Shown one piece after another: positions 11,851 through 26,749 of a stretch of DNA of 64,000 nt. Position 1 is the stretch's first letter; every line of letters begins with the position of its first letter. A program made the position numbers and the translations under genes. A model generated the notes under the pieces. The model was not told the DNA's origin. It did not search any database and saw only the letters and a list, made by a program, of their open reading frames with translations. Source of the DNA: Camelus dromedarius (lineage: Eukaryota); assembly GCF_036321535.1 (NCBI RefSeq), contig NC_087436.1, forward strand, positions 28,336,001-28,400,000. Reading direction: 5' to 3'.

Positions 11851-13419
11851 ATAAAAGTTAATCACCACTGGTACAGGGTCTGCTGTGTGTAGGTATGATA
11901 TATGACTGTTGAGTGTATAAATGAGTTAATCGGATGACCATAGGATGTCAAAAAGTGTTTTGTTCACATATTTACTAAGTTATACCACATATTCTATTGA
12001 GCACCCTTAATTCAATGCAGAAACTTGCAATAAAATACATTTGTTCCAAAAACTTTTTTTAAAAATAAATTAGGACCTCCTTTTTTGTTTTTCAGTCTCA
12101 ACTGATAAGATAAACAAGAAATTCAGTCTTGACACATATTTTCATAATGTTTCATCATCTCAAATTATATTATTTGCTTTTATTCTCTGTTTTATTCACT
12201 ATCACTCATACCATAGACTCTAAACTTAGCATTCAGTACATTGGTATTATTTACAAAATTTAAACATCACTCAAACATAACAGACAGTCAAATGTTGAAG
12301 CCTGGAAAACATTCCTAGAGTGATTTCTAAAGTGCTTTGAACACTGACATTATTACCATAGACCAGAGAAAAATTTCTCAAGTCACATATTAAGGGAGAA
12401 AATATTTAGGTAGTGTATAATTCTTAAATGTTTCTGAAGAATGCAATAAAAATTTATTTACTTACATTATGCCTATTATGAAGAATTCCATAGGAAACTA
12501 AATTCAATCTGAAAACAAATGGATTTTCATAAAAACAGGGGAATTTGTTTAACTTTACAATTTCTGTTCATTTTAGACATACTTTCCTCTCTTTTTGTTT
12601 CTTTTCCTTTTGCATTTGATAAAGCAAAGATAACTAATCTCAAGTTAATACCAAGTTTCACTTGTGTCTTACTTCTGTACCACCCATGTTACCTTGCTCA
12701 GTCTAGTCTAAAACAGATAACAGGCTCTAAAATTGGCACACCTCCTTTTAACCTAGTCCCCTCTATGTTTATCTTTATTAAATATGAATGTTCAGTGACT
12801 TTTGCTTGGAATAAGAAAATGAACATCTATACATTTGAAAAGTCCTGTGTTTTCCAAACTTCATCCATTAAGCACAAACCTCAAAAAAGGAAACAAATGT
12901 GAATGTCCTTTGACATATTATCTTCAATTGCCGGAAGGAAATCTACTGGAAGTAAATCTACCAGAAGGAATTGATTTTGAAATATCATCACTTTGTGAAG
13001 TGATTTGGACCTTTCCTGGCACTCTCTTTCAGATACTCCATAGGTCATTGTCATACACAATGATAGTGTATTTATGTTTCTGCCATGTGACCTGTGGCAT
13101 GATATCAGCTAAAAGGTTTGCAGTAGATCAGACAGACTGAGGGTGACAGTTCTATCCAGGGCAACCACTACTGTGCAAACCCCTGTGTAAAGTTTCCATT
13201 TAGCAAATGTAAATAGCAAATGTTTCCTCTTGTTCTCCTTTTAATCACTACCATACTATTCATAGATGACTCAAGTCCTCACCATGTGCTAAGTGCTGAG
13301 CTAAATGCTTAATTTATTATTATTAAATTGTTTTGCCCATGGAAAAGAATTAATGCATATATTAAGAGAAAATATAGAGCTAATTTTCCTTAGACTAAAC
13401 AATTTCCTTTTATTTTGTT

Positions 13420-14080
13420 TATTTTCAAACTTACAAGGAAAATGCAAGAATGGTATAAGGAGCTCCCAGTTACCTTCACCCAGACTCACTAATTCTCACC
13501 CTTTCAATATTAATTTTGTCTTTGTCTCTATGAATTTATACACATACACAAATGTATATACACATATTATTTTTTCTGAACTATTTGGGATTGAGTTGGG
13601 GATAGTGTGCACCTTTACTTCTCATTACTTCATATGTATTTTCTAATAATAAGCATATTCTTATATATAAGATACAACTATGAAAGCCCCCAAATTTAAA
13701 GTTGATACATTGTTATTATCTAATCTGTGGTACATATACTCAAAGTATCCCCCCATCCGCCAACACATTACTAATTAATTATAGTGGGGAAAGAATAATT
13801 AGACAGTGGAGACACCTGACATGTATCATACTAGATAAGTGATTAAAATTAACATCATTAATATTACAACAATTTGTGCACAGATCTGACATTTTGTGCT
13901 TCCTGAAATGATGATGTAATACAATTTCTTGGAAATACTGCCAGAAGTGCAATCTGAATCTAAACATGAGAATACATCAAACAAATTTCAATTGAAAGGC
14001 ATTCTGCTTAGTAATTTACTGTATCTGTCAAACATGTCAAAGTTGAGAAGCAAAAATAGGTGACAAATTGTTTCAAATTA
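13420..14080. mobile_element. L1MC4/5-like 3'UTR fragments (antisense 13420-13760, sense 13780-14080)
   Basis: 'gattaaaattaacatcatt...aatctgaatctaaacatgag...atcaaacaaatttcaattgaaaggcattctg'. Confidence 0.55.
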
Positions 14081-17000
14081 AATACTTCCTTTTAATTAAG
14101 TGGTAATTCTTACAAGTGCAAATATGATACTTCAAATTTTTCCCTTATTTGTATTATTGACTGCCTCTTCCTCTTACTTTTATGTTTTGGCACACTTTGT
14201 AATTTTTGTTTTTTAAATAGTTATTTTTATTATTTTAAGTACAATTCTTATACATTCATGTCTTTATTTATATAAATGTTAGAGCATATTGACCCTCAAA
14301 GATAAGAAGAGAACACTTGGATAGTTAATTGTCCTTTCTCTCTGTGTGTCAATTGTATTATTTTGTTTTTACTTTTTAAGTTTAGGTCACAATATTTAGA
14401 TTATTTTCTCTAGTTATTACTAAGTTTTTCAGGATTTTTCTATATGTTACTTCTAAAAGTTAAACATTGATAAATAGCAGTTATAGTAGTATGATCATAT
14501 AAACATTATCCATTATAAAAACTAATTAATGTAATTGGATCAACTACCATCTGCTTTCTTCTGGGAATTTCTCCAAAGTTTTTTGCATTTTCTTATTTTT
14601 CTGTTTTGTAGTTTTATTCATTTTTTTACTTTTTTCTTCTTTATATATTTTCTGTGACTTCAATGTGACTTTTTAGGAATATAGAAGTTATATGTAATGA
14701 GTCTGCTGGTTTGAAGGAGGATCTTTCATTTTATATACATTATGTTATTCAGTTTTCTCAAAAACTCAATGATTTAACTTTAAAAAAAGCAGAAACTTAG
14801 ACTGTGATATTATTTAATATCTCTTATTTTGCCTTTATAATTCCATTACCTTCTTCAATTATGCCTTGCCTCATAATCATAAAAGAGAATGATAATGTAG
14901 TTAGAAATGTATTTATTGAACATGTTTCGTAAGCCCTGCCAAAATTATAGCAGTCAAATACCTACAAAATATCTAAAATGCCAAGGAATTTGTTGCTGAA
15001 TCCCTGACATTGGGTCTAATGTTTCTAATGGAATCTACAGACTTTTGTCACCTTATTTTTCCTTCACTAATATAGACATGGAGTGTTTCTTCCCTTAACT
15101 TATATCCATCAATTCATAAAGTACTTAGATTTTCTAATGAAAAAGAGAGCCAGAGAGTGAGAAAGTCAAAGAGTCACAGAGCAATGGAGGAGGAGAGTAA
15201 TAGAAAGCAGGGTGAGTAGACAGACAGGTGGATAAATAGTCATTAGGCATGGTTCTGTGTGTCCAGAGGTTGACTAAGCTGTTAAACTTTATGGGTTTAA
15301 CGTGAGAACTGGTGGCCTTTTCCAAGAGCCTGGCAGAGATCTGTTGGGATTATGACTGAATTAACGTCACACAGAGATGGAGACCTTATCTTTTGAGGGT
15401 GATGGGTGTTTTCACTTGTCAGTGGGACATTGCACCTTGTTTGAAGCATGAAGTCGTTGTCAGATGGAGGTATGAATATGCTCACAAGGGTGTGTGTGGA
15501 CACTGGATAGCAGGGGGTGGCCTATGGCGGTTATTATGCACGGTCTCCATTTTCCTGGGTAACAGTGGAGCACTGACTTTCTGGTAGATTTCACCAGTAT
15601 AAGCCTTTCAGAAAATGGAAGCAAAACAAAGGAAGAAGAGCCTTTCTTCCTCCCACTGCTTCTCAGTGTGGTCCCTGCAGTAGCAATCAGTATTCAGTCC
15701 TGAAGTCAGTTTTTCACTCCCAGGATCATCATGTCCTCTCAGTTTTGAATGGGGTTCAAAGAATTACATTTAAACTAATAAAGAATAAAGATAACCATAC
15801 AAAGAAACAAGAATAATAAAATGTGCCCAATTTAAAAAGTGTAAGAAGGAGACAGTCAATAGTCCACTGATAAAATAAAAGGAAAAACTGAAGTATCATA
15901 TTTACATTTATAAGAATTACCACTTAGCCAACACTTGGATGACACCATGTCCTCAGAAGTCTGAGCCTCAGCACCACAGAGACTGTTCTACAGAGAATTA
16001 TTACTGCACATCTGTAAAATTATTCAAAAGACATATTTAGTGATGATTTTTTTTCATACTCTGAAAGTTTTGGGTTTGTTTTTTTTTTTCAAACATTAGT
16101 AACACAGTAACACTATTTCCTTGGAAACTAACTTTTTTAGAGTAGTTTGGCTCCAAGTAAGTCATTCAACTTAGTTCAAAGACTTTAAACTAATTACTCA
16201 AAAATGGAAGGTTGCATGGAGACAAATACTTCAGTTAAATATCGAATTGAATTGGTATTAAATTTGTAGAAAGAGTGGCTTAAACGTTGATCTTCATTCT
16301 GGGGCATCTCTCAGATTCACATGTTATTGAGGTATTTCTATGGAAGATAAGTGGAAAAATAAGTCCACAGAGTTATGTTTCTGAAACTCTGGTTTAGAAT
16401 CTTCTAGTAACAAAGGAAATTTATAACAAACTTCTTATAAAACAAAAATTTCTAGCTTCTTTATCTGCTGTAATTCTCTATCAACTGTATTACGATCAGG
16501 ATTTTTATGTAATGAGGGTAAGTTATTTTACCTGGATATGTGATATTCAAATTAATGTATTTTATTCTGTTCCTCTTTCTGGGAAAATACTGCTAAATAA
16601 AATCTTAAGTGAAAAAATCACTAAAACCACTTTAAAAATTGAAAATAATTATACTACTTGTTGAGTAATAGATTGATACTATTTGTATACTAAAATAAGT
16701 ATTTTCTACACCTCCCCCAAAATCCATCCATGCTGCTGAGTATATCAACTATAGGCACCTATAAAATGATCAATTCTAGAGAAAAATGTTTTAACAATAA
16801 GTACATAAGCAGTTTTGCAGAGTAAATTTGATTGAATTATAAAGTACTAGTTTTGTTGCATAAAGAATAAAAAGCTCAAATGAAAGTTCAGCTTTTTAAA
16901 ACTGGAAACATACTTCATTTCACAAAAGATGTGATGTGGTTTACAAAATCACATAAAACATTTTGAAAAGATAACATTAAAATACAAAGGAGTCTAAATG

Positions 17001-18204
17001 AAGGAAAATTTTTTTTTAAAAGTCAATAAAACTAATAAAGTTAGCACGTAGGAATTCATGATATATGGTCCCTTATGGTTTGCTAGTGATAGGCCAATCA
17101 CTTGATTGAACTTTATGATTCTTTGAGCTTTTCCTTCTTTTTAGTATATTCTGAGGATATCATCTCCAGACTCCAGTTAATCTGGAAAGCATGTTACCTG
17201 AAACAGCTGTCCCACTACTATACAACTTGATTGCCAGCTTCAATTCTTATACTCTGACAGTTACCTTAGCATAAAAGGAACGGAACCAATCATGATTTGG
17301 TGTTTTAGAAGCATTTCTACATTTTAAGCTAGCAGAGAATAAATGTTAGTATGTATGTAAATATTTGAAGTGAAAATTGTAAGGATATCCTATTTTCTTG
17401 TTTGCCTTTTTTCTCTTTGGATACAAAAAAAAAAAAAATCCAAGGAACAAGTGGGTACAATTTTGAAAATAATCATACTTGACTATCACTCAGAACATAT
17501 TGCTTTTTATCCCCTCCCTCAATCCAACAAATCAAAATGGCATCTTCAGAACACATTTTTTAACTTTTAATAGTAAAAAATTACTCTCTCAATGTTATAT
17601 TTCTCATTCAATTAATGAATATTAAGTTTTAAAACTTGTTTTCTTAATATTCAGGATGGAGCAAAGTTAATGAAGGGTGAAGATTCAGATATGTAAAGTC
17701 AGTATTATATGACTATTTTAAATGGGTGCAAAATTGATCCCCCTTCTCCTCTTAGCTTTCTCACAAAATAAAAATGAATACCAGGTGGACTCTTCAACAA
17801 AACATAGTTATTAACACACCATATAAAAGCACAATAGCACTAAAAGTATAAGAGTTGCCTGTATATGAACCTTGGAGAATACAGTTTGGATTCCACATAA
17901 AAATGAATCTTTCTTCTATTTACCCCCTCAAACACCCACCCACCAAATCCAATGGAGTCTAAATTATAGAATTCTCTTGTTACAAAACTTGGGTCTGAGT
18001 AGCAGACATTTACCCGAAAGGCTGCATAGAGGATTGTAGCAGCTAATAAATGTAGCAGAGCAGAGAACACCAGAGAGGGAAAGAGACCTGGCTGGGCCTG
18101 TCAGAATCCTAGCCAACTTCACAGAGTCAGATGCAGAGGATTTCTGGTAGCCCTGGAGGGTAAGAAACAGTCCAGGCTCTTTCTGCTATTTATATAAATT
18201 ACAA

Positions 18205-18605
18205 ATCCATTTGCAATAACATGAATGGACCTAGAGAGTATTATGCTTAGTGAAATACATCAGACAGAGAAGGACAAATATTCTTTATCATTTATGTGTG
18301 GAATCTAAAAAAATAAAACGAATGTATATAAGAAAACAAACAGACTCACAGATATAGAAAACAAACTAGTGGTTGCCAGTGGGAAGAGGAAAGGAGGGAG
18401 GGCCAAGATAGGAGTATGGAATTAAGAGACACAAACTACTATATATGAAATAAATAAGCAAGGATATTTTGTACAACACAGGGAAATATAACCATTTTAG
18501 GCAATAACTTTAAATGGAGTATAACCCATAAAAATACCGAATACTATGTTGTACACCTGAAACTAATACATTATTGTATATTAATTACACTTCAATTAAA
18601 AAAAA
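18205..18605 (+). mobile_element. 5'-truncated L1 3' end with poly(A)
   Basis: 'ccatttgcaataacatgaatggacctagagagtattatgcttagtgaaat...tgtacacctgaaactaatac...cttcaattaaaaaaaa'; possible TSD aaattac. Confidence 0.85.
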
Positions 18606-18679
18606 TTACTCTCCATAGGTATACATACAGCATGGCGTATTTGTCAGTGGAGGACAGTTTTTCACCGATTTCATAGTCA

Positions 18680-18908
18680 GATCAAAAAACAAATTTCTTC
18701 TGTATAGCACAGGGAACTGTACTCCATGTCTTGTAACAACTTTTAATGAAAAAGAATATGAAAATGAATATGTGTATATATATATATACACATGACTGAG
18801 ACATTATGCTGTACACCAGAAATTGACACATTGTAAATGACTTTACTTCAATAAAAAAATAAATAAATAAAATAAAGTAAGATAAGATAAAATAAAATAA
18901 AATAAAAT
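18680..18908 (+). mobile_element. Younger lineage-specific L1 3' end with (TAAAA)n tail
   Basis: 'ctgtatagcacagggaact...tgctgtacaccagaaattgacacattgtaa...acttcaataaaaaa'; highly similar to the reverse complement of 27946-28130. Confidence 0.85.
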
Positions 18909-20204
18909 AGTGGAAACAAGCTGCTGAAAAAAAAAAAAAAAAAAGAATATTTCCTTCCATGAGAAGGATTAAGGGAGTATGGGGAGGAGGAATGGAGAAT
19001 ATCCTGGCTGATATAGACCCTCCTGAGGAATGTACTTTAGGTCCTTTGATGTCTAAAATAATGAAAGACTGAGGCGATAACGATTCCCCACCCCTACCCT
19101 CACACACAACAGCATGATGTTTTAATCAACTAAGTATATTGTGCTTATTGGAATGTAGAAAATTATATTTTTAAAACCCTTTCAATGCTATAAATATGTC
19201 ACATTCAAAGCATTTGGGGAAAATACTTTAAAAACACATTTAACTTTTACTTATTTAAAGTAGGATCTAAGAATTTTAAAAATGTCATTCAACATAAAAA
19301 ATAAGATTTCACTTGGATACTTAGTAGAGGCACTAAAATATCATGCTACAACAAAAATTATTTATTTTTAGTAGGCATATTCCAAATCAGAATGTCCAAT
19401 TTTTTAAGTAATGTTGACAAAACATTCTATCTTCGAATTTATTTTGTAGTTACCCATGAAGTTAGATAACATACAGATGGGACGTCACATGCGACAAGAA
19501 AAGCTTGGCATCGTGGGGTCTGGATTCCTGTCCTAATTCTGAAAAAAACTGCCTCAGCTCTGATGTTAGGCATATAAACATGGGTTCAGCTTTTATTGCC
19601 ATTATCATTTTGTTTTAAATTAAAAAATAATACATTGAAGGTAATTCTAAGGTCATTTCTAGTTTCAATACTTGGGTAGACATGTGTGTCTCGATCATTT
19701 TTATTATTGAAAATGGTACTTGATAATAGTTACTTGTTCATGTCTAACTTTTTCTGAGAATATAGAAAGGTATAAAGTTAAATTTTAAAAAAATCTCATT
19801 TTCTTTCTAAGAACTCCAGTACATACTAGCTCTCCCCCTGCTTAGTATCACAATGAAGATATGGTCAGCAATGCACTTTTTTTCACTTAATAACAAAATG
19901 TGTATTTTTCCTTATCTATTATATGGGTGTATCATGATGCATTCAAACATCCTTTCAGTTATTTCCAATTATTTGATATTATAAGTTAAGCAGAAATGAA
20001 CATTCTTATAATATAGTCTTTTGCTAAATTTTGGTGTTACTTTAAATAAAATTTATAGTCCAACCATTAATGTATATAATGGGTGCAGGATTGGTCCCCC
20101 ATTGAACTGCTTGGTTGCCATACTCTTACCACTACTGCACAAGATCAGATTTCAAAGCTCTGCAAATATTACAAGGAGAAATGAAATCTCGTTGTAGTCT
20201 GTTC

Positions 20205-21240
20205 TTTACTTTTTATGGGGAAAAATTTTAAACAAATATAAAGGTGGTAATAAAATAGTACAATGAACATCCAAACACCTACCACTTAAATTCAAGAATC
20301 ACTTTGCCTTATTTTTTATTTTGAATCATTTGAAAGCTTGTTACAAACATGTAACTTCACCCATAAATACTTCAATATGTGCTTCTTTTAATAATCAGGA
20401 CAATTACTTATCTGATCATAATAAACTACAAAAGAAAATGAACAAACATTTCATAATATCATCAATATCAAACCTATATTCAAAATCTCAGTTGTTTCCA
20501 AAATAATGTTTTATAGCTGTTTAATTCTAATGAGGATCAGATCAAGATGCACGTAATGTATTCAGACATATGACTCCTTTGTTAATGTAGAAAAGTCCTC
20601 TTACCTTTTTTTGTTTGTTTTTTAAGTAACATTAACTCTTTGAAAATACCAGGCCAATTTTCTTATAAAAATACTTAATACTGGATTTATTTAAGTGTTT
20701 CTTTGTCGTGTCATTTTGTGTTCCTCTAAATGTTTATTCCTGTAAACAATGTTAAACCTCAAAGCTTGATTGGATAAGGTTAAACATGCTGTGTCTGAAT
20801 ATTTCACAGGCAATGCTCTCCCTTCATTTTGCAGCACGACAGGAGAACCCTGTTGGTTGCCCCACTACCGTGTTATGATTAATCACACTAACCTCCAGAC
20901 CTCCCTAACATAAAGGTCCCATGTTCTACCTGAACTTTAGTAAGCAATGTGTGTGGTCTTACTTTGGTAGTGAGCCAATGTTTCCCCAAAACTTCACCTG
21001 ATCACATTAGTGTTTATTGCTGATCCTTCCCTGAATCTGTCAAAGGCATGTATTCTTCTCTATTTATTAGCAGGCATTTTTCTGTAAAGGAGTTTTTCCC
21101 CATCAATGAAGATAATGTAAAGTTTATCCTAAAAGGCAGAAATGTTCTTGATATTTTTTTCTTTAATTTCTAAGTTTCAGAAAAATTTTATTGTAATAAT
21201 CTCTACTGGTTGCAAGTGAGTTACACTGGTTTTCATTTGT
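20205..21240 (-). mobile_element. L1MC4/5-like 3'UTR, antisense
   Basis: 'tatcatcaatatcaaacctatattcaaaatctc', 'ttgaaaataccaggccaattttcttataaaa...ctggattt'. Confidence 0.55.
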
Positions 21241-21649
21241 TCATTTATATATTGTGGGAGATTTCACTACTGTTCACCAAAGTTACTAGTTCTCCCTGAT
21301 GGAGGAATGTATTTTCACACCCTGGAACTCATATAGGGCTACATTACTTAGTTTGGCAAAAGAAGTATGAACAATGGGCTATATTTTCTCTCTGTTGAAG
21401 TAATTGGCAATGTTGTTATCAACTTGACAGGAGAATAAAGACAATATAAGACAGATGATTTTCATTGGCTATTTTGGGTAGTTTATTAATGGAGAATAAT
21501 CTGGCCTATCCTGACTGATACAAATACAGACTCTTGGATTTTATTTTTTTTTCAATTTTACTTTTAATCTCATTTAATATATATTTATTGATTATCTGGT
21601 CATATTTCTCAAACTATACACAAGTGAGTTTAAACATATTTTCTATTAG

Positions 21650-21950
21650 AGGTCAACAAAGAGGTCAGCAAAGATACTGGGATAGGAATTGCAGATAGTC
21701 TATTAAATGCTACTGAAAAACTGAGGAAAAGTAAAAGTGTAAGGTGATCACAGAATTTGCATAGTGGAAGTATAAAGACCTTGAAAAAAGCAGTTTTGTT
21801 GTAGTGAAACATTTTGAGGAGAGAACTGAGAGAATGAAAGTGAAGATTGGTACAGACAACCGTTTTTTGTGCATTTTTTCTATAAAGTTTAGAACAGATG
21901 GGGTAGCTAGAGAGAGCCTCATCAATGGAGAGTTTTTTAGTTTGGAAAGT
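21650..21950 (-). mobile_element. L2 LINE fragment
   Basis: 'taaatgctactgaaaaactgagg...gaccttgaaaaaagcagttttgttgtagtg'. Confidence 0.5.
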
Positions 21951-24900
21951 CAAGTAATGTTTCTGACACTATTAGTGAATCCATTTGCCAGGTATGTAAA
22001 ATTTGTCTTCAGGTTTTGATTTGGATTTTCTTGCCTTGATAGATGAGTAAAAGACAGCATGCATCATTAATTTGTGAAGTGCAATTACCGTGGTAGGACA
22101 ACAAAAATAAAAACCTTGCAAATGTCAAAAAGAACTAATTATAAGAAAGTTTAAATTAATTGGTAGGTCATCTCTGATATCTTATAAACTAGAAACTTTT
22201 GAGCTGATATTAATTAAAACCTCTGTTTGTGATGGAAAACCATAGAGAAAGGAACCGATGTGAAACAGACCCCGCTTCTCCCATCATATGCAGGAGAAAG
22301 GATTATCGAGTTGATTGAACTGTAGTCACATAATGTGGCCATAGCTGATGACGTAATGCATTTTGCTTTTCAGAGATACTCTGAAATCTAACTCCATTCC
22401 GTCTGGTATTAGATTAGGTTCTGGAGATTTGGAGTGATCAAGCATAGCCACACTACTCTGGGCATGAATATTGTCTTGGCAATTTGTCCCAGGCACATCT
22501 ACCCTGAGGAAGAATGCCTAAACCCTGAAGAAATTCTTTTGTGAAAGCAAGAGAGGGGAATGGACTTTACGTTACAATTTGATCTTCTTTCTTTCCCCAA
22601 AGTCCCCAGTAAGAGACCTGTTTTCTATCTTCATATCCTGGTTTGAATGACAGGCATATCGAAGTATTTGTGTTTCTTTGTATTCATATATGGTGGGCTT
22701 ACACATAATATTAACTTCTCTATTTAAAAAAAGAGCCCTGATGTGGTTCAAGATAAAGATGGTTCTCGTTTTTACTGGCTGTATGATTCTAATACACAAT
22801 ATTATGCTCAGCAACTTAAGTTTTCCAGGAAACTTCTGGCCACATAGGAGCATTTTTCAGTGATTATTAGAATAATCAATGTTAGATGAACATAGACAAA
22901 ACCCAATGTCTGACAAAACCCAAATTCTTACCATTTTCGTGAAACATTGGGGAAGAAGGAAAGATTTTATTCTTTGAGATGGATATTGAGCTGAAAATCT
23001 TCTAGGACTGAAAGGATGAATAATGGTACTCTATTCCTTCCCAACCAACTCTGTCTTTCTCAGACACTCAGTTTTCCCATCTCCTTGGTGTCCCAGGAGT
23101 TGTAGCTTCAATGAAATCTCCATAGATCACCCCTTCCCTCAAGGTCCCTCATTTCAACTTTAAAGTACTATTGTTTTCTTCACCCACTTTTCTCCTTCTC
23201 CCTCTCCCTCTTCCTCTTTTTTCCCCCATGAAATCCAAGTCCTTGCTCACTAATTAGGAGAGTAACAGGGCAAAGAGACTTATCTTAATGAAATTATCCT
23301 AGTGTTAATTTTTAGTAAAGAATCCCCAGTTTTTCTGCTATTCTCACATGGCTGTCATCCTTGGACACCTGTTCCTACCCACCGATTTGCAATACATTAG
23401 CCAATTAAAACTATATCCTTACTTATTTTGATTGATTAATACTTTTTATCAGACCGGCTGAATACGAACTTACTGCATTAGTAACTTAGCTGTTCATTTA
23501 GTCAACAATATTTCTTAGATATTTTACTTTACCAAGATCACTCAACTAAGCACTGGGTGTGATTACAATAGATGAGAGAAATAGAAGTATCTACTAACAT
23601 TTGGAAATGGGTGGTTAAGTACTAATAATGAAGAAATATACATTAATGTTTTATTGGAACTCATTTATTTAGATATTTATGTATCTGTTTCCCTCTCTCC
23701 ACTAAGCTGCCTGTACCCATAGGTGAGAACTGTATCTAGCATAATTGCTTTCCCAGAATTTAATACAGTGCTTGGCAAATACCAAACAAATATTTGTTGA
23801 AAGCATATCTCAGTTGATTACTACTGGTTTACATGTGTATTTAAAAAAATCACATAAAATAGCACATCCTCAAATACAGGAGGATTTGACATTCAGATAC
23901 ACTTGAGTATTTCCTATATTTTTAACTCTCTCCAATATAAAAATGTGCATACAAACTTATAGCTAAATATAACACATAAACAACCATGTATAAAAATATA
24001 TGCATATACATTTGTAAACAGTTTTACTATTCTAAACACAGAGTCTATACTTGAGAGAAGAATTATACTAATTGCCCTTGCAAAAATCAAGAAGAATATT
24101 TACTCAAGTAATCTGAAGATATTTAAATACAGGTTCTGAGAATTACAGATATTGACATTCCTCTCTGGTGTATCTAAAAGTGAAGAAAACAGTGAAGATA
24201 GATTTTTGCTGCCATATTTAAGTTTAATGATAGTTATTAACGCTATTGCTTTTATCAGTCTTTGAAAGAAAATATTCCTATGAATATGTATATATATAGT
24301 TTATCTTTACTGAAAAATCTATAAACATAGAAAGAAATATCATGGAATTAACAACAAACAACAATATGTACTGATTACCTAACAGTCTTTTAAAAATATA
24401 TTTCTATTGAAAATATTCAGAACCTCCAATAGAAATGAAACATTCCTGTGTATAGTTTAAACTTTTATATATTTTAAGCACTGATTCTAATTTTTCATGT
24501 TATGCCTCCATAAAATTATAAGCTACAGCATAAATAATAAAGTAGGAATCAATCTAAAATCATTTATTCCAGCCTCACGTAAAAGAATTCTCCTTGTTGT
24601 ATTTCTGCTATATGTTTATACAGCTTCTGCTTGAATACTTAAACTTGTTACCACAAGAAAATCAATTTTCATTTTTAAACTCCCCTAATTTTTAATAAGT
24701 TCTTCAAATTATTCTTAAGTGACTCTCATGTAACTATTACCAGTCCTGCCCTTTAACAACGAGATTGAGTTGAAACTCACTTTTTTAAAAACAAATGTAA
24801 GATTCTCCATGAATCTCCTATTTTCCAAGCTAAGATAGCATGTTCCTCCACATTTGTCTTATGATGAGCACTATTTTTAGCTTGTTCTACTCTCACTGAT

Positions 24901-26094
24901 AAATAAGTCATGAAGCTTATTTAATATTTGTAAGAAAAATAAAAAAATAATTTCATCACTATATAATGCTAAAAAAGGGCAAATATCAACTATAATAATT
25001 GGACTGTGTTTTCCAAAATATTGCTTTTTATAACATCTGTGAGTTTCATGCGAGCCACATGAATTGTTATTGCAGAAAACACTTAATATCACTTAGACAA
25101 GACATTAAAATTAATGGTTTATAGACAGGAGAAAGAAAGGTAATGTTAAGATTATTAGCAAAAGAGAAATATGATAGGAACCCCTAGAGAATTTCTCTTT
25201 GGGTGTTAGATTACTGAAGGGGTTTTATGTCTTCACCACAAATGGGACTGGTAGCATACAAGATGAGTGAGTCTATGATCAAGAAATGCATTTTTGTGTG
25301 TGTGTATGAAGTGAGTAGAAGTAAGCACCATTCAAAATACTTTAATGGCCATAAAAGGATTAAAGTATCTATTAAACCAAAGTACCTACTAGTAATCAAT
25401 AAAGGAAGAGAAAATAAATGTGGTTTACTAGAGAAAAAGTAGAGGTTGAAATGATTTTAAAGACAAATTATATAAGTGAAAGAATAGATGGAGAGCTGTT
25501 AAAACGTTTTAAAATGCACATAACAAAAAATTCAATAAAAATTCAAGTTCAGTAGAAAGTTGTCACAGCTTAGAATGTCTGTCAACAGAAATTGTATATC
25601 TTAATTCTTCTAGCTACCCAGTGTTCTTGCACTGTATGTGGGCCTGAACATCTGCCCTGGCCTAATTTACATTTTCTACGTAGAGTAGAGATAAGGGTAA
25701 TGTTAGTAAGATTGAAACTAAGGGAGTAGTGAGCAAAGTATGTTGGGCTAGAGGAGAGTGAGGTAGGCAGAGGGTGGAGGGTGTAGAGAGGACTCCGAGT
25801 GTCTCCCGGGCATGGGAAAACCTTCAGTGGCTCACCAGTGTACAGAGGGAGACCCAAGTCAAGTAATAGAGGGCAGAGGATTAAGGCACCATTTAGAGGG
25901 TAGTAGGGCAAATAGATGGGTAAATAAGTGGGTGTCTGCCTCAAAGCCTGTTGACTAATACTGGCTAAAATATAAAGGAGAGCTGCAAGAGAGAACCAAG
26001 GATAGAGTGGACTGTCACTCCACTACCTGTCCAGAAACAGCCTTCAGAAATGAACGGCTGACTTACCAATGAAGTCAAGACTAGAATTGACCGT

Positions 26095-26280
26095 AGAGTC
26101 AGGTTATCAAGATTTGTATTCCTAGGACCCCAGGCAAGTAATTTAAACTCTCTGTGCCTCATTGTCGTCATTTTTAAATGGAGCTCACAAGTATCTACCA
26201 TGTACCATTTTATAAGAAATGGGATAATTCATGTAACATGCTTATGGTAGAGCATGGCTCAGTATTTGTTGGCTTTCATT
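26095..26280 (+). mobile_element. MIR SINE
   Basis: 'ggcaagtaatttaaactctctgtgcctcattgtcgtcatttttaaatggag...gataattcatgtaacatgctta'. Confidence 0.7.
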
Positions 26281-26546
26281 ATTATGTCAGATAACTTTGC
26301 ATTCATACATGTGTAACAATTTCCCTTTCACAAATGGAAAATAATCAACCCCAGAAAAATTCATAAAGATAATTAGCCTATTTTCTCAGGTTGACCTAAT
26401 AGAATACCTGGTATGTTTATTGTATTTCTGGAATACAGTCCACCCCCACCCCCATCATTCTTTCCTCACATTCTTTATCCTCTTGAATAATCTCTGAAGT
26501 TTTTCTGCGTAGTGGCCATGTTGTGGTTCATGTAAAATTAGCCTAT

Positions 26547-26749
26547 ATCTAAAAATCTCTCATCACTAGAAAAAAAAATTTTTTTTGTAATCATGTATGG
26601 TGACAGATGGTAACTAGATTTATTGTGATGCTCATCTCTTGGTTTATACATACAAATATCTAATCATTATATTGTACACTGAAGCAAATAAAATGTTAAG
26701 AAGTCAATTATACCTCAATATAAATAAATAAATGAACAAATAAATAAAA
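26547..26749 (+). mobile_element. L1 (L1MA9/10-like) extreme 3' end with A-rich tail
   Basis: 'tggtgacagatggtaactagatttattgtgatg...attgtacactgaagc...gtcaattatacctcaata'. Confidence 0.75.

Noticed and set aside
18682..19107. 141-aa hydrophobic minus-strand ORF
   Set aside because: Translation of antisense L1 tail and A-rich repeats
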